DNA from: Eledone cirrhosa
Lineage: Eukaryota
Reading direction: 5' to 3'
NCBI GenBank assembly: GCA_964016885.1
Contig: OZ024740.1
Coordinates: 281,356,001 to 281,420,000 of the forward strand
Length of the DNA: 64,000 nucleotides
The notes beneath the pieces were generated by a model. It was not told where the DNA came from, ran no database searches, and worked only from the letters and a program-made list of their open reading frames with translations. Both the position numbers and the translations under genes were made by a program. Positions 25,101-38,805 of the stretch are shown here, in pieces (the stretch's first letter is position 1; the number at the start of each line of letters is the position of its first letter).

Positions 25101-26651
25101 TCTCCTCAGTGGCCGTATCTCTGTGGCCGTATCTCAGTGGCCGTATCTCAGTATTCAGATCATTGTCTGATTCGGGTGGTTCCTCCGTTCTCAGGACCTC
25201 TTCACCTTCATTTCCCACTGGCTCGCTTGTCTGGCATACTACACCCGCCATCTCCAAGCCATTCTCTCTGCTCAGTTGCTCCAGTTCCATCTCGCTTATC
25301 CATCCATTAGTTCTTATTACCCGAGCCTGCCCGGCCAATTTTTGTTCATCTAATTTAAATAAACCAATCTCGTTCCAGATGTTATGCATCCGTCTCCTGT
25401 AGCCCCTCTCCTTGGGGTTACTTTTCAGGTAACATTGCATAACAGTTCTATTCAATTCTTTCGTCCAGTTGGTTCTGGCCCCTTTCCTTCTTCTCCTTCC
25501 TCCAACATCAGCAGTATTTGGTTGACAGTCAGGTTCCTGCTGCTGAGCCAGGGGGCACCTGTTGGGTGAGAGTCTGTCACATGACGTTCTAGTCTCCATT
25601 TCACCGTTATTCGAACTGTTTATGTTCGATATTTAAACACTCTTATCGAGGATTGGCGAATGTATGGTTACATATCCATCTGTGGATCCGCCATTCCACT
25701 TGGCCCTTGTGTGGCATTATCACCACGCTGTATACGAACACACATAAACAAACAAACACACAGGCAGAAAGGGCCCCAAAAATGAATAAGCATAAGTTTC
25801 ATTGTTCGAATGTCTGACTTAGTTTTTGTTTTTTAAGTTTTAGTTTTTCCCCCCTCTTCTCTGTCCGTCCGCCTGCTTCTCTCTTCATTCTTATTTTCTT
25901 TACGTTTTTTTGTTTTTTTGTTTTTTTGTTGTTTTTTTTGTTTTTCTCTGTTTGTTTTTCTCGTCTTTTGCTGTTGTTGCTGTGCTGCTTTGGTTTTGTT
26001 GTTTGTTTTTTCTTTTTTCTTTTGAGTCTATCTATATATTTTGATGCCTTCCTCTTTTTTAGCAGTAGGGATTCTATAATGTGGTGGCAGCAGCCAGCTA
26101 AAAGAAGAAGTGGGAGACTGGCGGCGGTAGCGATACTGAGACAGTGGTGGTGGTGATGTCGATACCGAGGCAGTGGTGGCGGTGATGTGACCGTATTACT
26201 GTAGTGATGGTGCTGTAGCGGTGGTAGCAGTGAAGGAGTGAAGGGGTGGTGGCGGCGGTGATGAGATAATGGTTGTAATGATGGCCGTAGTGAGCGGTGG
26301 TGGTTTAGTGTACACAGGTGACGGGGTGGGTGGTGTATCTAGTTTCTGGTGTTGGTGAGTTTGGCTGTTCTATATAGTGTAGACAGAGGAGGAGGGGGGG
26401 GGGGGGGTTCTTCTTCCATTTATAGCCATTTTCTTTTTTGGATATACAGTGTACAATACAAAGTTGAATATTTGAATATTTGAGCCTTATAACAATATAT
26501 TTTGGGTCCGAATTTTTTGGGGCTCAAGCCGGGTGCTTTACGTAGCATTTGTACTAAGAGTTGTTATTTCACAAATGATTTAAATATGTTAAAAATTCAA
26601 AACTTACGGGAGCGATTTCATGACCTCCGTCACCTCGTGCGTCTTCTTCCC
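22135..26651 (-). mobile_element. R4/Dong-type element, second tandem copy (D2)
   Basis: Close homolog of D1 with the same termini, bounded by (TTA)n at 22104-22134 and 26652-26735. Confidence 0.93.
22218..25599 (-). pseudogene. RT-RLE polyprotein of Dong copy D2 (premature stop at 24088, deletion near 22988)
   Basis: ORF pieces 24088-25599, 22975-24066 and 22218-22907. Confidence 0.9.
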
Positions 26652-26735
<84 letters not shown>

Positions 26736-27390
26736 CAACTGTAGTCTTCGATATATAACGAAGAGCGCTACCTTTGTAAGCTCTATGCTAACATATGCCA
26801 AAATTATTGATTATTTAATAAATGGTAACTCTATCTTTGTTTTATCGTTCCCATGGCTATTATTATCATTGGAATGCAGTAGTTATCCACAGAGATCTTT
26901 GATACACAAACAGTGTGGAATAACACTTACTTAAATAACATCACCTTTAAGTTTATTGTTATTCCATAGTCTCGGCAATCACAATTGCGTGATTTATATT
27001 AGAATTGGTACACAGGAACATTTTGATTTAGCTTCTTCTATCCTTTGAAGTAATCAGGAATTTAAGTTGGATAACTCTTTAAAATGTTTTTATTTTTGTT
27101 GTATGCATTCTGATGACATAAGCTGTTGGCGTGTAACAGTAGATCAATAAAGATTTAAACAAAAGTTTATGACAGTAAATCTTATACTGATGACAAGAAC
27201 CTACTTCTAAGGTATACTTTAGAGCGTAGAATCAATATAGATAAAATCTCCTCATATTACTTCGCTCTTCGATGTCGAGATTTTAGGCTTATACATAAAC
27301 ATATGTTTATTAGTGTGTTTGTGTATGTATGTGTGTGCTTGCGGATGGGCTGGTGTACGTATGTTGACTTTATTATTTGTTTTAAACGAA

Positions 27391-27560
27391 CCGAATTTCC
27401 CGGCGCCGAAGACGCTTCGTCCTCGAGGACGCACCCTAAGTTTGACAACCAATAATTTGAAAAAAAAAATAATGAACGACCTTCGGCCGCCAAGACGCAT
27501 GGTAGATTTGTTAGACTTATTTTAGGAAAAAAGTAACGTCTTCGACGCCGGGAAATACGG
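27391..27560. mobile_element. pogo/Tigger-type MITE
   Basis: TIRs ccgaatttcccggcgccgaagacg / cgtcttcgacgccgggaaatacgg followed by TA. Confidence 0.75.
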
Positions 27561-27939
27561 TAATATTCAATAGTAAACAGCACGAGAACATTATATTAAA
27601 ACTTTTCTAATAATAAATATCACAAGCACAAGAGTACATATTTGTTTTTATTATTCTTCGGGTGTGGGGGAGCAGTTGTACTCTGTATTTGATGAGTACT
27701 TTAGTTGATTTACTCATTTGAACTCAGTGGAAATTGTTTAGAAAGTAAACTAGCTGGAAAAAGCACCCTAAAATATATATTTAGATGCTCTGATAATACT
27801 GTTAAACGACCACCGTTGAAAATGTTATAACTTAAATGGGTATATAAGGCAGGTTTAACGTTTGGCAGCCGTGTACAGTCGAATGGGTTAGAGCAAATAA
27901 ACATGATATAGATATGACAAGTCCAGCCATTCAAATTAT

Positions 27940-28082
27940 TGGTACGCCTAATTTTAGCAAGCTGAGTGAAATGGAGTAACAGGAAATAAAGTGTTTAGCT
28001 CAAGGATATAACGTGCCATCGGAAATTTAATTCACGACCTTACGACCGTGAATCTATAACTCTAACCATAAAACACCGCACT
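27940..28082 (-). mobile_element. tRNA-derived SINE fragment
   Basis: On -: tRNA-like head (tggttagag...taaggtcgtga) then atccttgagctaaacactttatttc...cactcagc, resembling a mollusc SINE core. Confidence 0.6.
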
Positions 28083-28555
28083 TTCACACGCGTATATGTA
28101 TTTATGTATGTATATATAGATATATTATACATATATACATAGCTATATTCTCAGATATGGCATCGTTAATCTAATTGTTGTAGTATTTACGATTCCTAAG
28201 TATTCTGTTAGTAGAGTTTTTATGTTGAAAGTACTCAGCTGTTATTTCCAGCTGTCAATAACCCTATTCACTCCACTGGCTTGACGGCAAGGCGAATGTG
28301 TTTTTTATAAACCACATGTGCTTTTCGTCTTTATTCCCTGATTTGCTTTTAGCGTATAATCATAGATAGTTAAATCTTCCCCTTGGCCGATGATTCTCCG
28401 ATTAATGGTGAAATATATTTCTTCAATGGAATATATACAGAGGAGATTAATCATTATTGCAAGGTATCTATATTCAAGGTTCTTGTTAATGTTACCTTCG
28501 TAACTATGTGTGTTTACACTCTTTACAAATTATCCCTGTAACCGTTTGATGTGTT

Positions 28556-28620
<65 letters not shown>

Positions 28621-28778
28621 AATCGACTTATAATTTAATAAAAAAAAAATGCCCGAATTTATTACTCGGAATCTTTAAGCTTATTCCACAGGTGATATGG
28701 CGCATGCTTCTGATGTTATCAGACATGGCATCTTTAATCTAATTTTGGTATATATACACACACACACAAACACACACA

Positions 28779-28893
<115 letters not shown>

Positions 28894-28894
28894 C

Positions 28895-28926
<32 letters not shown>

Positions 28927-28949
28927 GTTTCCGTAGGCTACAGAGCCAT

Positions 28950-29103
28950 TTAGTTATGTAATAAACAACATAAAAAAAAATATTTCAGTTACCAAAGGTT
29001 TCACGAAGAGAGAAGAGCTTGACACAGACGTCAGTGACAAGCTCGTCTGTCTTCGTGTGAAACCTTTGGTAAATGAAATAATTGTCTTATGCTATTTATT
29101 ACA

Positions 29104-29110
<7 letters not shown>
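28950..29110. repeat. Inverted repeat of a PLE pseudo-LTR 3' end (family of 2740-2790)
   Basis: gaaacctttggtaaatgaaataattgtcttatg...ttacataac and its reverse complement upstream. Confidence 0.7.
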
Positions 29111-29178
<68 letters not shown>

Positions 29179-29284
29179 ATGTAATAAATAGCATAAGACA
29201 ATTATATATATATATATATATATATAAAGAAAAAAAGATGAAATCGAAAATGCAACTGGAGCCTTATTTTAAAAATATATATAT

Positions 29285-30680
29285 ATATTTATTTGGTTCC
29301 TTTACCGGTTTCGCAGTTCTTCTGCTTTTCAAAAGTAGAGTTGAGATGGAGGGTCTGTGGTTTTTCTCACATCTGGTTGGTCTCTGAATGTTACTTGTTT
29401 TATATGGAAAAAGTGGCTCGAAATGCCAGCTTTTTCGAGAAGTAATTTGATTGGTTGTTCAATAATTATAATAAATTTTGCGCCAGTTCGCGTTATAAAG
29501 TTCTTCAAACAAGGGATGGGTGGGGTGTCACAGGTTGTTTTTTCATATATGAGTGTTTGAATTTCCTTTTACTTGAAAAAAGGGGCTCACGAAGGCTTTT
29601 TTTTAATAAGGCGTAATTTGATTGGTTATAAATGAAATTATGGCTGTCGCTCGCACACACACACACATAACACCCATATACACACACACACCCTCCCCCA
29701 TTTCTACTAATAGAATCATCTTCCAATACACACACACACACACAGACAAGCACACAAATAAACATACATATCTTTACTTTCTTTATTCAATAGAAAATCT
29801 GAATTCTGACACCCCAGCGAACCAACCATATTCACTGAACCAGAATAATTCTCCCATCCCATTTCTCTTTGGCTTGTCATAAAATTCTGTAAAAAGGCTA
29901 CAGAATAGATTTCCAAATAAGGGCGCGAAAATTTAATGAAAACTTGTTCACGTGACAGCCATAATTTCATTTATAACCAATCAAATTACGTTTATGAAAA
30001 AAAAGCCTCGTGAACCCCCCTTTTTTTAAAGTAAAAAGAAATTCAAACATACACACACAACACACACGCACACACACACAAGCACACAAATAAACATACA
30101 TATCTTTACTTTCTTTATTCAATAGAAAATCTGAATTCTGACACCCCAGCAAACTAACCATATTCACTGAACCAGAACAATTCTCCCATCCCATTTCTCT
30201 TGACTATTATCTTTTGCTTATCATAAAATTCTCTAAAAAGGCTACAGAATGGATTTCCAAATAAGGGCGCGAAAATTTAATGCAAACATGTTCACGTGAC
30301 AGCCATAATTTCATTTATAACCAATCAAATTATGCTTATTAAAAAAAGCCTTCGTGTGCCCCTTTTTTCAAGTAAAAAGAAAGTCAAACACTGATATATG
30401 AAAAAACAAACTTTGACCCCCCCCCCCCCCCCATCCCATTGTTTGAAGAAATTTGTAGCGTGAACTGGCGCGAAATTTATTATAATTATTGACCAACCAA
30501 TAAAATTACTTCTCGAAAAACCTGGCATTTCGAGCCACTTTTTCCATATAAAACAAGAAATATTCAGAGACCAACCAGATGTGAGAAAAACCACAGACCC
30601 TCCATCTCAACTCTACTTTTGAAAAGCAGAAGAACTGCGAAACCGGTAAAGGAACCAAATAAATAAATATATATATATAT
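29285..30680. mobile_element. Non-autonomous PLE-type element: about 370-bp inverted arm plus tandem duplication, with a decayed hammerhead
   Basis: 29285-29650 is inverted to 30295-30675, and 29745-29985 is repeated at 30080-30330. ttgaaaa-gcag aagaa ctgc-GAAA-ccgg-TA occurs near 30618-30650. Confidence 0.7.
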
Positions 30681-30822
30681 ATAAACAAAGAAAGTGTGGT
30701 AAGGAACCACGTGGAAGATAACTCACCAGAGTACTCGATACTTAGGGTAGTAGTCTGGGTCCTGACTCTTTTCCTATATATGTATATATGTGCGTATGTC
30801 TGTGTGTCTGTGTGAGTGCGTG

Positions 30823-30855
<33 letters not shown>

Positions 30856-30859
30856 GAAT

Positions 30860-32015
30860 GTAAATTACACAATTATCAAAGTTATGTTCAAATCATTTAA
30901 TTGCTGACAATCGTTTCTTCCAAACTTTCCTTTGGTATCATCGGAGCATTATCAATATAATTAACATATAATTAACCTCCTATTCAACTGAACAATCATA
31001 TAGATACATATATATTGATGTTGTAAACAAGAGTTTCGTATTTACAGGGTGCAATGGGTCCGATATATATTATACGAGAATTATACAAAAATTCAAATTC
31101 AAATTAAAAGCACAGAGTGGAATACATGCGACAGATAATACAAGAGAATAGTCTAATAGTTAAAGACGTATTGAGAAAGAATGAGGACATTAGCAGTACA
31201 TATGCAAGCATGTAGAATGTGTACATGTTTTAGTCATATATATTAGCAGGAAACAAGCAAAGGTATTAGGCATATATAAATGCTGTATGGCAAAGGTATC
31301 ACATAAAATACCAAGCAAATACTTCCGGAAATTAAACCGTTAGAAAAACTACCTGTAGAACAATTCTAATCCATGAATAAGAATACAATAAGACCAAGTT
31401 ACAATCCATTACTGTAACTAACTAAAAACATTCAATATAAACATTAACTAAATATATAATTTAACATATGTAATGGAAAAGATAACAATAACTTTGATAT
31501 TCTCAACACATACACATTTTAACACTACAGAAACTACCATCACATTACATCCTCCATAATTTTAATACACTAGCACATTTTATGTGATACCTTTGCCATA
31601 GAGTATTTATATGTGCCTAATACCTTTTCTTGTTTCCTGCTCATATATATGACTAATGCATGTGCACTTTCTACACGCTTTCATATGTACTGCTAATGTC
31701 CTCATTCTTTTCAATGCCTCTTTAATTATTAGACTAATCTGTCGCATGTATTCCACTCTGTGCTTTTAATTTTAATTTGAATTTTTGTATAATACTCGTA
31801 TAATATATGTCGCATCCATTACACCCTGTAAATACGAAACTGTTGTTCACAACATCAATATATATGTATCTATGTAACTGTTCAGTTGAATAGGAGGTTA
31901 ATTATATGTACAAACATAGCTAATGCTCCGATGAATCCCAACGAAAGTTTGGAAGAAACGATTGTCAGCAATTAAATGATTTGAACATAACTTTGATAAT
32001 TGTGTAATTTATATT
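30860..32015. mobile_element. Non-autonomous PLE-type element forming an inverted repeat with arms of about 440 bp
   Basis: 30860-31308 is the reverse complement of 31578-32012, and both arms carry a hammerhead. Confidence 0.75.
31924..31970 (+). ncRNA. Type I hammerhead variant (CCGAUGA core, GUC site)
   Basis: tgct-CCGATGA-stem II-GAAA-cgattg-TC-agca. Mirror copy at 30903-30948 (-) and homolog at 36374-36421 (-). Confidence 0.65.
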
Positions 32016-32158
32016 CCTGCTCTGTAAAACACCTGATGTTCTTACATTGAGCTATTTCTCTTACTGGTAATAAGGTAGTAAGAAATTACTGACCTTTCCT
32101 GTTTATAGTTGTTTATAGTGTATACATAACTATAAATAGTATCATTATTATTATATAT

Positions 32159-32333
32159 CGGTAGAGGGTGGGACGCCATGCTTTCCAGCATAGTTACATC
32201 CCTTTACGATCTGAGTTCAACTCCCGCCGAGGTTGACTTTGCCTTTCATCCTTACGTGGTCGATAAAATAAAGTACCAGTAATGAACTGGGTAATTGCTG
32301 GCCTTGTGCCTAAAGTAGAAACAATTATTATTA
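32159..32333 (+). mobile_element. SINE of octopus-like type
   Basis: ctgagttcaactcccgccgaggttgactttgcctttcatcc...gtcgataaaataaagtaccagt with an (ATT) tail; homolog at 38616-38805. Confidence 0.75.
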
Positions 32334-33069
32334 TATATGAATGTATATATTTATACATATAGTCACAACGCTAACAGAATTTTTTTTTTTTTTTACAAAT
32401 GTAGTTAAATTTTAGAAAAAATTCAAACACGTTTAAAGAACATCTTTTAATGGATTATCCCTCATGTTTCTTCATCTTTAAAAAAGCTAATATTATTTTG
32501 AAAATATATTTCAGATATGAAATATTTCATTTTTATCAAGATCATAGCAGTATTCGAATAAGGTTGAATGTTTGTGTTTGTTACATAAAGCGTTTTATTA
32601 TATAACTTAGCTCCTCCTAAACGGCAAATATTTAACATTTCACGTTTAACGATGCCTTTTCTCACTATTATCTTGTCAATGTAAACAATTTGCGAAAATA
32701 TGTGTTAGTTTGTTTTCAATAAAGCCGCCCAATTTAAGGCCAATGAAAATCAGGATTGCATATATTGAGACTTGTGAAACAAGAAGCAGTTTCTCTCAGG
32801 AAATGTATGGCGAGATGTAAAGGTGTTAGCCGCTTGGAAGTATATAGTGATTCATTAAAAGTATTAAAACTTGCCTTTGTATTCCTGTGTTTCTCATACC
32901 TTCTCTCTCTCCAAACTATGTTCTTTACTGAACGATATATATCAGATATGTTGAGACAGTTATTTCCTTCCTGTTAATTTTCTTTTTCTTTATCTTTATT
33001 CCCAAGTGTGAATCTAATAAGATTTTGTGTTTTTTCATCTCTGTTTCTCTCGTTTATTCTTGAACTATA

Positions 33070-33345
<276 letters not shown>

Positions 33346-34089
33346 ATACGAAGATGTGTCAGGTTAAATTTTGTTTGTGTGAATCAAATGTGCAAACAAA
33401 AATAAATATGGAAGATTGATTACCAAAGTATTATTCTCGACGTGTTCCTTGCAGGAGGTACGGTAACAGTCGTCCAATTCAAGAGTTTAAGGTGTAGTTT
33501 CCAAGGAGAAGATCACGGAGTAATTATGATAGTAAAAAGTATAGTACCAGGTAAAACAAAAATTACTAGGTGAGAAGTAATGGTTAGAAGGACAAAATTT
33601 AGAGTTTTTGCTTACATTACTCGCCTGCCATCTCACATCTTAGTTTTTGCTTACATTCTCGCTTCCCATCACTCTCGCCTACCGATTCTGCTACATCTCT
33701 TTACGTGTGCCAGTTGACGATACGTCCGAACAGATATCAATAAGAAATTCTTATTGCAAAATTCAGCGACCTCACCTTCGACTATGAACATTCTATTCTT
33801 TCTGATAAAGTGCAATATTTTACGAAATAATTGTGATTGAGCATAAGACTACGCAGTTAGCACACTTAGACTGTTATTGTACAGAAACATATATTAAGTA
33901 ACGAACCCTAAATAAATTTTATCCTGCTAACCATTACTTCTTGCCAAGTAATTTTTCTTTTTCCTGGTTCTATACCTTTTAATATTTTATATGTATATAT
34001 ATATGCCCACCACCACCCCACTCTCAAGAGCGTGAAACTAATAAACCTTTGTTCGTACTGCCTCTCTGTTTTGTTCCCGTTCAATATTT

Positions 34090-34172
<83 letters not shown>

Positions 34173-34301
34173 TGTGTGTTTGTGTGTGTGTGTGTGTGTA
34201 TGTGAGAGTGTGTATATCAAAGGTAAACAGAAGTAAGAACACAATCGGTAGAGTATATGGAAGGAATGCATAAGTTTAACGCTTGAAATAGCAAGAAGAG
34301 G

Positions 34302-34339
34302 GTCTTAACGTTTCGGACGCTAGTCCTTCATCAGAAGAC
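34302..34339 (-). ncRNA. Ultra-minimal type I hammerhead ribozyme
   Basis: On -: gtctt-CTGATGA-a ggac tagc gtcc-GAAA-cg-TT-aagac; perfect stems I and II and a palindromic AACGTT stem III. Confidence 0.8.
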
Positions 34340-34693
34340 AGAATGAGAAATTAGAAAGAGTGAGGGGACAGGCGGGGCGGAATCGGAGAAAATGTTTTTA
34401 GATAGAAAATTACGGGTCCATTCATGTTGCTATCTCTAGGAAAACTGTTGATGTTGGCGTTTTGTGTATAATATACTTTTTAGAAAAGTGGATGATGGAG
34501 CGCGTCTACCTGAAATGGAAAAATAACCGTTTTGTAAATAGAGCTATACGTGGGCGCGTGCGTATGTGTGCGTGTGTGTGTGATATTATACATCCGAACG
34601 AAGCTAAGAGGATAAGTGTCTGTATATGTAAGTAAAAGAGTGTGTATGCTTGTAAGTATGAAGCTGTGAGCAAAAGTATTTTAATATGAGAGA

Positions 34694-34741
<48 letters not shown>

Positions 34742-34766
34742 GAGAGAGAGAGAGCGTGTGGGTGTA

Positions 34767-34800
<34 letters not shown>

Positions 34801-34932
34801 CAGAGCTATGAAGGGAAAAGTAGTTTGCGTGCGTATTTTGTTGGTCTGTATCAGCTGTAAGAATGTATGTTTCTAACCATAAGAGAGCCGTAGGAATGTA
34901 GGGGCGAATGTACAAGAATACATATCTATTAA

Positions 34933-34992
<60 letters not shown>

Positions 34993-34997
<5 letters not shown>

Positions 34998-36283
34998 GCG
35001 GTTGCCGGTCCGGCAGAAATTAGAAATTGGAATAAATGCTCTGAAATAGCGATATATATGTGAATATAGACATAGAATATTCGAAAATATTCTGTATGTT
35101 TATAATAAACATTTTGAAGACCTAATCGCTATAGAATAGAATACGTCACGTATTACAATTAGATTCTCGATAAAAGCAAGGGAAGTAAATCTACGCGTTT
35201 CATTCTCGTTAGAAATCGTCAGGACTACATATCCAGTGCTTTTATCGAGAATGACACAGCTTTATCGCTATTTCAGAGCATTTATTCCAATTTCTAATTT
35301 CTGCCGGACCGGCAACCGCTCTTTCAAACCAGTTCCTGTACACAGCTAAGTATTCTATAAGTCTCTAGCTGTGTCATTCTCGATAAAAGCACTGGATATG
35401 TAGTCCTGACGATTTCTAACGAGAATGAAACGCGTAGATTTACTTCCCTTGCTTTTATCGAGAATCTAATTGTAATACGTGACGTATTCTATTCTATAGC
35501 GATTAGGTCTTCAAAATGTTTATTATAAACATACAGAATATTTTCGAATATTCTATGTCTATATTCACATATATATCGCTATTTCAGAGCATTTATTCCA
35601 ATTTCTAATTTCTGCCGGACCGGCAACCGCTCTTTCAAACCAGTTCCTGTACACAGCTAAGTATTCTATAAGTCTCTAGCTGTGTCATTCTCGATAAAAG
35701 CACTGGATATGTAGTCCTGACGATTTCTAACGAGAATGAAACGCGTAGATTTACTTCCCTTGCTTTTATCGAGAATCTAATTGTAATACGTGACGTATTC
35801 TATTCTATAGCGATTAGGTCTTCAAAATGTTTATTATAAACATACAGAATATTTTCGAATATTCTATGTCTATATTCACATATATATCGCTATTTCAGAG
35901 CATTTATTCCAATTTCTAATTTCTGCCGGACCGGCAACCGCTCTTTCAAACCAGTTCCTGTACACAGCTAAGTATTCTATAAGTCTCTAGCTGTGTCATT
36001 CTCGATAAAAGCACTGGATATGTAGTCCTGACGATTTCTAACGAGAATGAAACGCGTAGATTTACTTCCCTTGCTTTTATCGAGAATCTAATTGTAATAC
36101 GTGACGTATTCTATTCTATAGCGATTAGGTCTTCAAAATGTTTATTATAAACATACAGAATATTTTCGAATATTCTATGTCTATATTCACATATATATCG
36201 CTATTTCAGAGCATTTATTCCAATTTCTAATTTCTGCCGGACCGGCAACCGCTCTTTCAAACCAGTTCCTGTACACAGCTAAG

Positions 36284-36287
<4 letters not shown>
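34993..36287 (+). mobile_element. Retrozyme-like / non-autonomous PLE array: one inverted partial unit plus 3.3 tandem 311-bp units, within (TA)n
   Basis: atcgctatttcagagc recurs at 35264, 35575, 35886 and 36197, and 34993-35261 is inverted. Each full unit has a hammerhead. Confidence 0.9.
35402..35440 (+). ncRNA. Type I hammerhead in the array unit (also 35713-35751 and 36024-36062; inverted copy 35188-35226)
   Basis: agtc-CTGACGA-t ttct aacg agaa t-GAAA-cgcg-TA-gatt, closed by a 16-bp helix attctcgataaaagca/tgcttttatcgagaat. Confidence 0.85.
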
Positions 36288-36338
<51 letters not shown>

Positions 36339-36644
36339 GTTAAAACAATCAAATCTTAGTTTAATACATTTATTTGCTGACAATTGTTTCTTCTAAAGGG
36401 AAGTCTGGATTCATCGGAACATAGGGAATGTCTAACAGGTGATTAAAATCCTAGTCGTTCTGAACATTTAGGCAGATACATAAGTTTTGTTAGTGTCATA
36501 GACATCATGTATAGATTCAGGAGTTAAAAAGAGGTTATGCTTGAGAGAAGACAATTATAAGGAGCACTGGTTGGAAGTGTAAGAGGTACAAGCAAAAAAT
36601 ACAAGCAAAAAAAGTTACAAGCAATATATATATATATATATATA

Positions 36645-37430
36645 ATTTGTTTCCGAACTTGTTTTGCGAGATTTCTTATCTGAAAACGTGTTTTGAAACA
36701 GATATTGTTATACTTTGGGAGAGTCGTGCTGCCAATAAAATCACACTCACACGTTGGTTTTCACTTCAACTTATTATCATTTTCCGGCTGGTTGGTTAGT
36801 TCGATAATCGGATGGTTGTTTATATATTGTCAAAGCTATTTCGTCACAGATTCTGTGACCTCCTCAGCGACTAGGTTTTTTATTTTGTGTCTCTCCTTTG
36901 TTGTGTCCTATACCATTTTGTTTTTGTGTGTTGTGTGTCGTTTGCTTAGTTTGCGGGTGTGTGTGTGTGTGTGTTTATTTATTTGTCACTAGTTGGTTGT
37001 TTGTTCTATCTGTGTGTGTCTGATTTGTTTTGTTAGTTTGGTTTTTGTGTGAGTTTGTATGTCTTCATTTTGTCCTTAACTACTAGTTGTGATATTGCTA
37101 TTCCACTCATGTTTTCTGTTTAATTTTGGTTGGAGTTTGTTTATATTTGTTGCCTCTGTGATTTTCCTGAACATTGCATATTTTTTCTGCGTCTGGATAT
37201 AATTTTATCTCTATGCTCTCTAATGTGCCCCTATGTTGTCTTTTGGCATGTTGGTATAAGAATATAACATACATAAGTGAAACAGCCCGTAGCATATGAG
37301 AAAGGATAAGTGGACACTGGCGAGAAATCCAGGATGGGAAAAACTCATCAGCACTCCACCAACATGCAAAAATAGAACATAGGGGCACATTAGAGGACAT
37401 AGAAATAAAAAATTATATCTACAAACAGAA
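36645..37430. mobile_element. Neptune-like PLE 3' remnant with inversion (family of 11718-14000)
   Basis: On +, 37263-37410 reads TYISETARSI*ERISGH...LHQHAKIEH. There is an inverted copy at 37190-37260, a hammerhead-like motif on - at 36828-36872, and a terminus matching 11718-11775. Confidence 0.75.
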
Positions 37431-38414
37431 AAGATGTAATCACCCCATTAGATTCTCTAGCCAACACCCCACCCACCCCACACACACACCACGTGATCTG
37501 TCTAAGGTGAAACAAATTGTTCTCGGAAATGGTGAATTAACTGTTGTGAAACCTGTCCCATGGATTGAGTGCTCTACTACTACGGATATAGCCCACCAGG
37601 GTTCTACTATACATATAATAAATTGAACAATTTTTCACATTTTTTATTGCTTTGTTTTAATATACTCTCTAGTTCCTGTTATAGATTTTCTCTCTCACTC
37701 ACCTATTGAATAGTACAAGTTGTGAAATAGACCGGTTTACGCACGTGGTTGGTCGAAATATTTAGAATTCAGACTCTAACCAGCGCGCTACTCTATTTCG
37801 TTGTGTAATGGCTGGTTGGCATTTAATGTCCGGAAAAAGTTTGTAGGCACTACCATTGTTACTATTGCACTATTTCTCGCCAAGGAACTTGGAGACTAGA
37901 GCCGAATGCTCCTATTCTATTGTACAGCGATTTGAGACTGAATTTTTCTAATAACCAATTTTTCAATAACTTATTAATATGTGTTTGAGGTACGTAAATT
38001 TATAAATCGGTAGCCAATCAGAGTTAGCATTGTGATGCGTAGAGATTCTAGTTGCTAATCGCTTTATAGTGTTGCCCATCACAAACAGTCATAGTCAGCA
38101 ACGACTGGTGTCGAATTATGTCGATCGTTTGGTTATTGAATAGGTGAAACATGCTGATGAAGCCACATGCACCGATTATGCATTGTTACATAATATATGC
38201 GGACAGAGGGTGCAGTGCACTCTACTGCTGCATTAAGTGTGGCCGAAATTCGAGTTCGGGAATAATTGAAGGTACCCGTTCACGTGTGTTGAAGCGAATA
38301 ACCATGTGTATACTCTGGAGTTCGTTTAACATTACCTATTGAGTACGCTGAGATGCAAACGGTACTAGCAGTGAAACCTATGCTAGTTCCGTCAACTATA
38401 TATACACATATATT

Positions 38415-38475
<61 letters not shown>

Positions 38476-38615
38476 GTGTGTGTGTGTGTGTGTGTTTACA
38501 TATATATATATATATATAAGCACATATATATATAATATATACATACATTAAATATCAATGTCCGTACATACAAACTCTTTCATATCAAATAACATATCTT
38601 TAATATAGAATAATA

Positions 38616-38805
38616 CAACTGTTTCTACTTTTGGCACAAGGCCAGCAATTACCCAGTGCAGTACTGGTACTTTATTTTATCGACCCCGTAATGATGAAAG
38701 GGAAAGTTAACCTTGGCGGGATTTGAACTCACAACATAAAGGGCCGTAACTCTATACTGTAAAGCATGGCGTCCGACCCTCTACCGATACTGCCAATTCA
38801 CCACC
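38616..38805 (-). mobile_element. Full-length SINE with an 18-bp target-site duplication
   Basis: ctttaatatagaataata at 38598-38615 and 38806-38823; homologous to 32159-32333. Confidence 0.85.

Noticed and set aside
35263-36287. CRISPR-like array
   Set aside because: The units are identical 311-bp repeats with no unique spacers, in a eukaryotic context.
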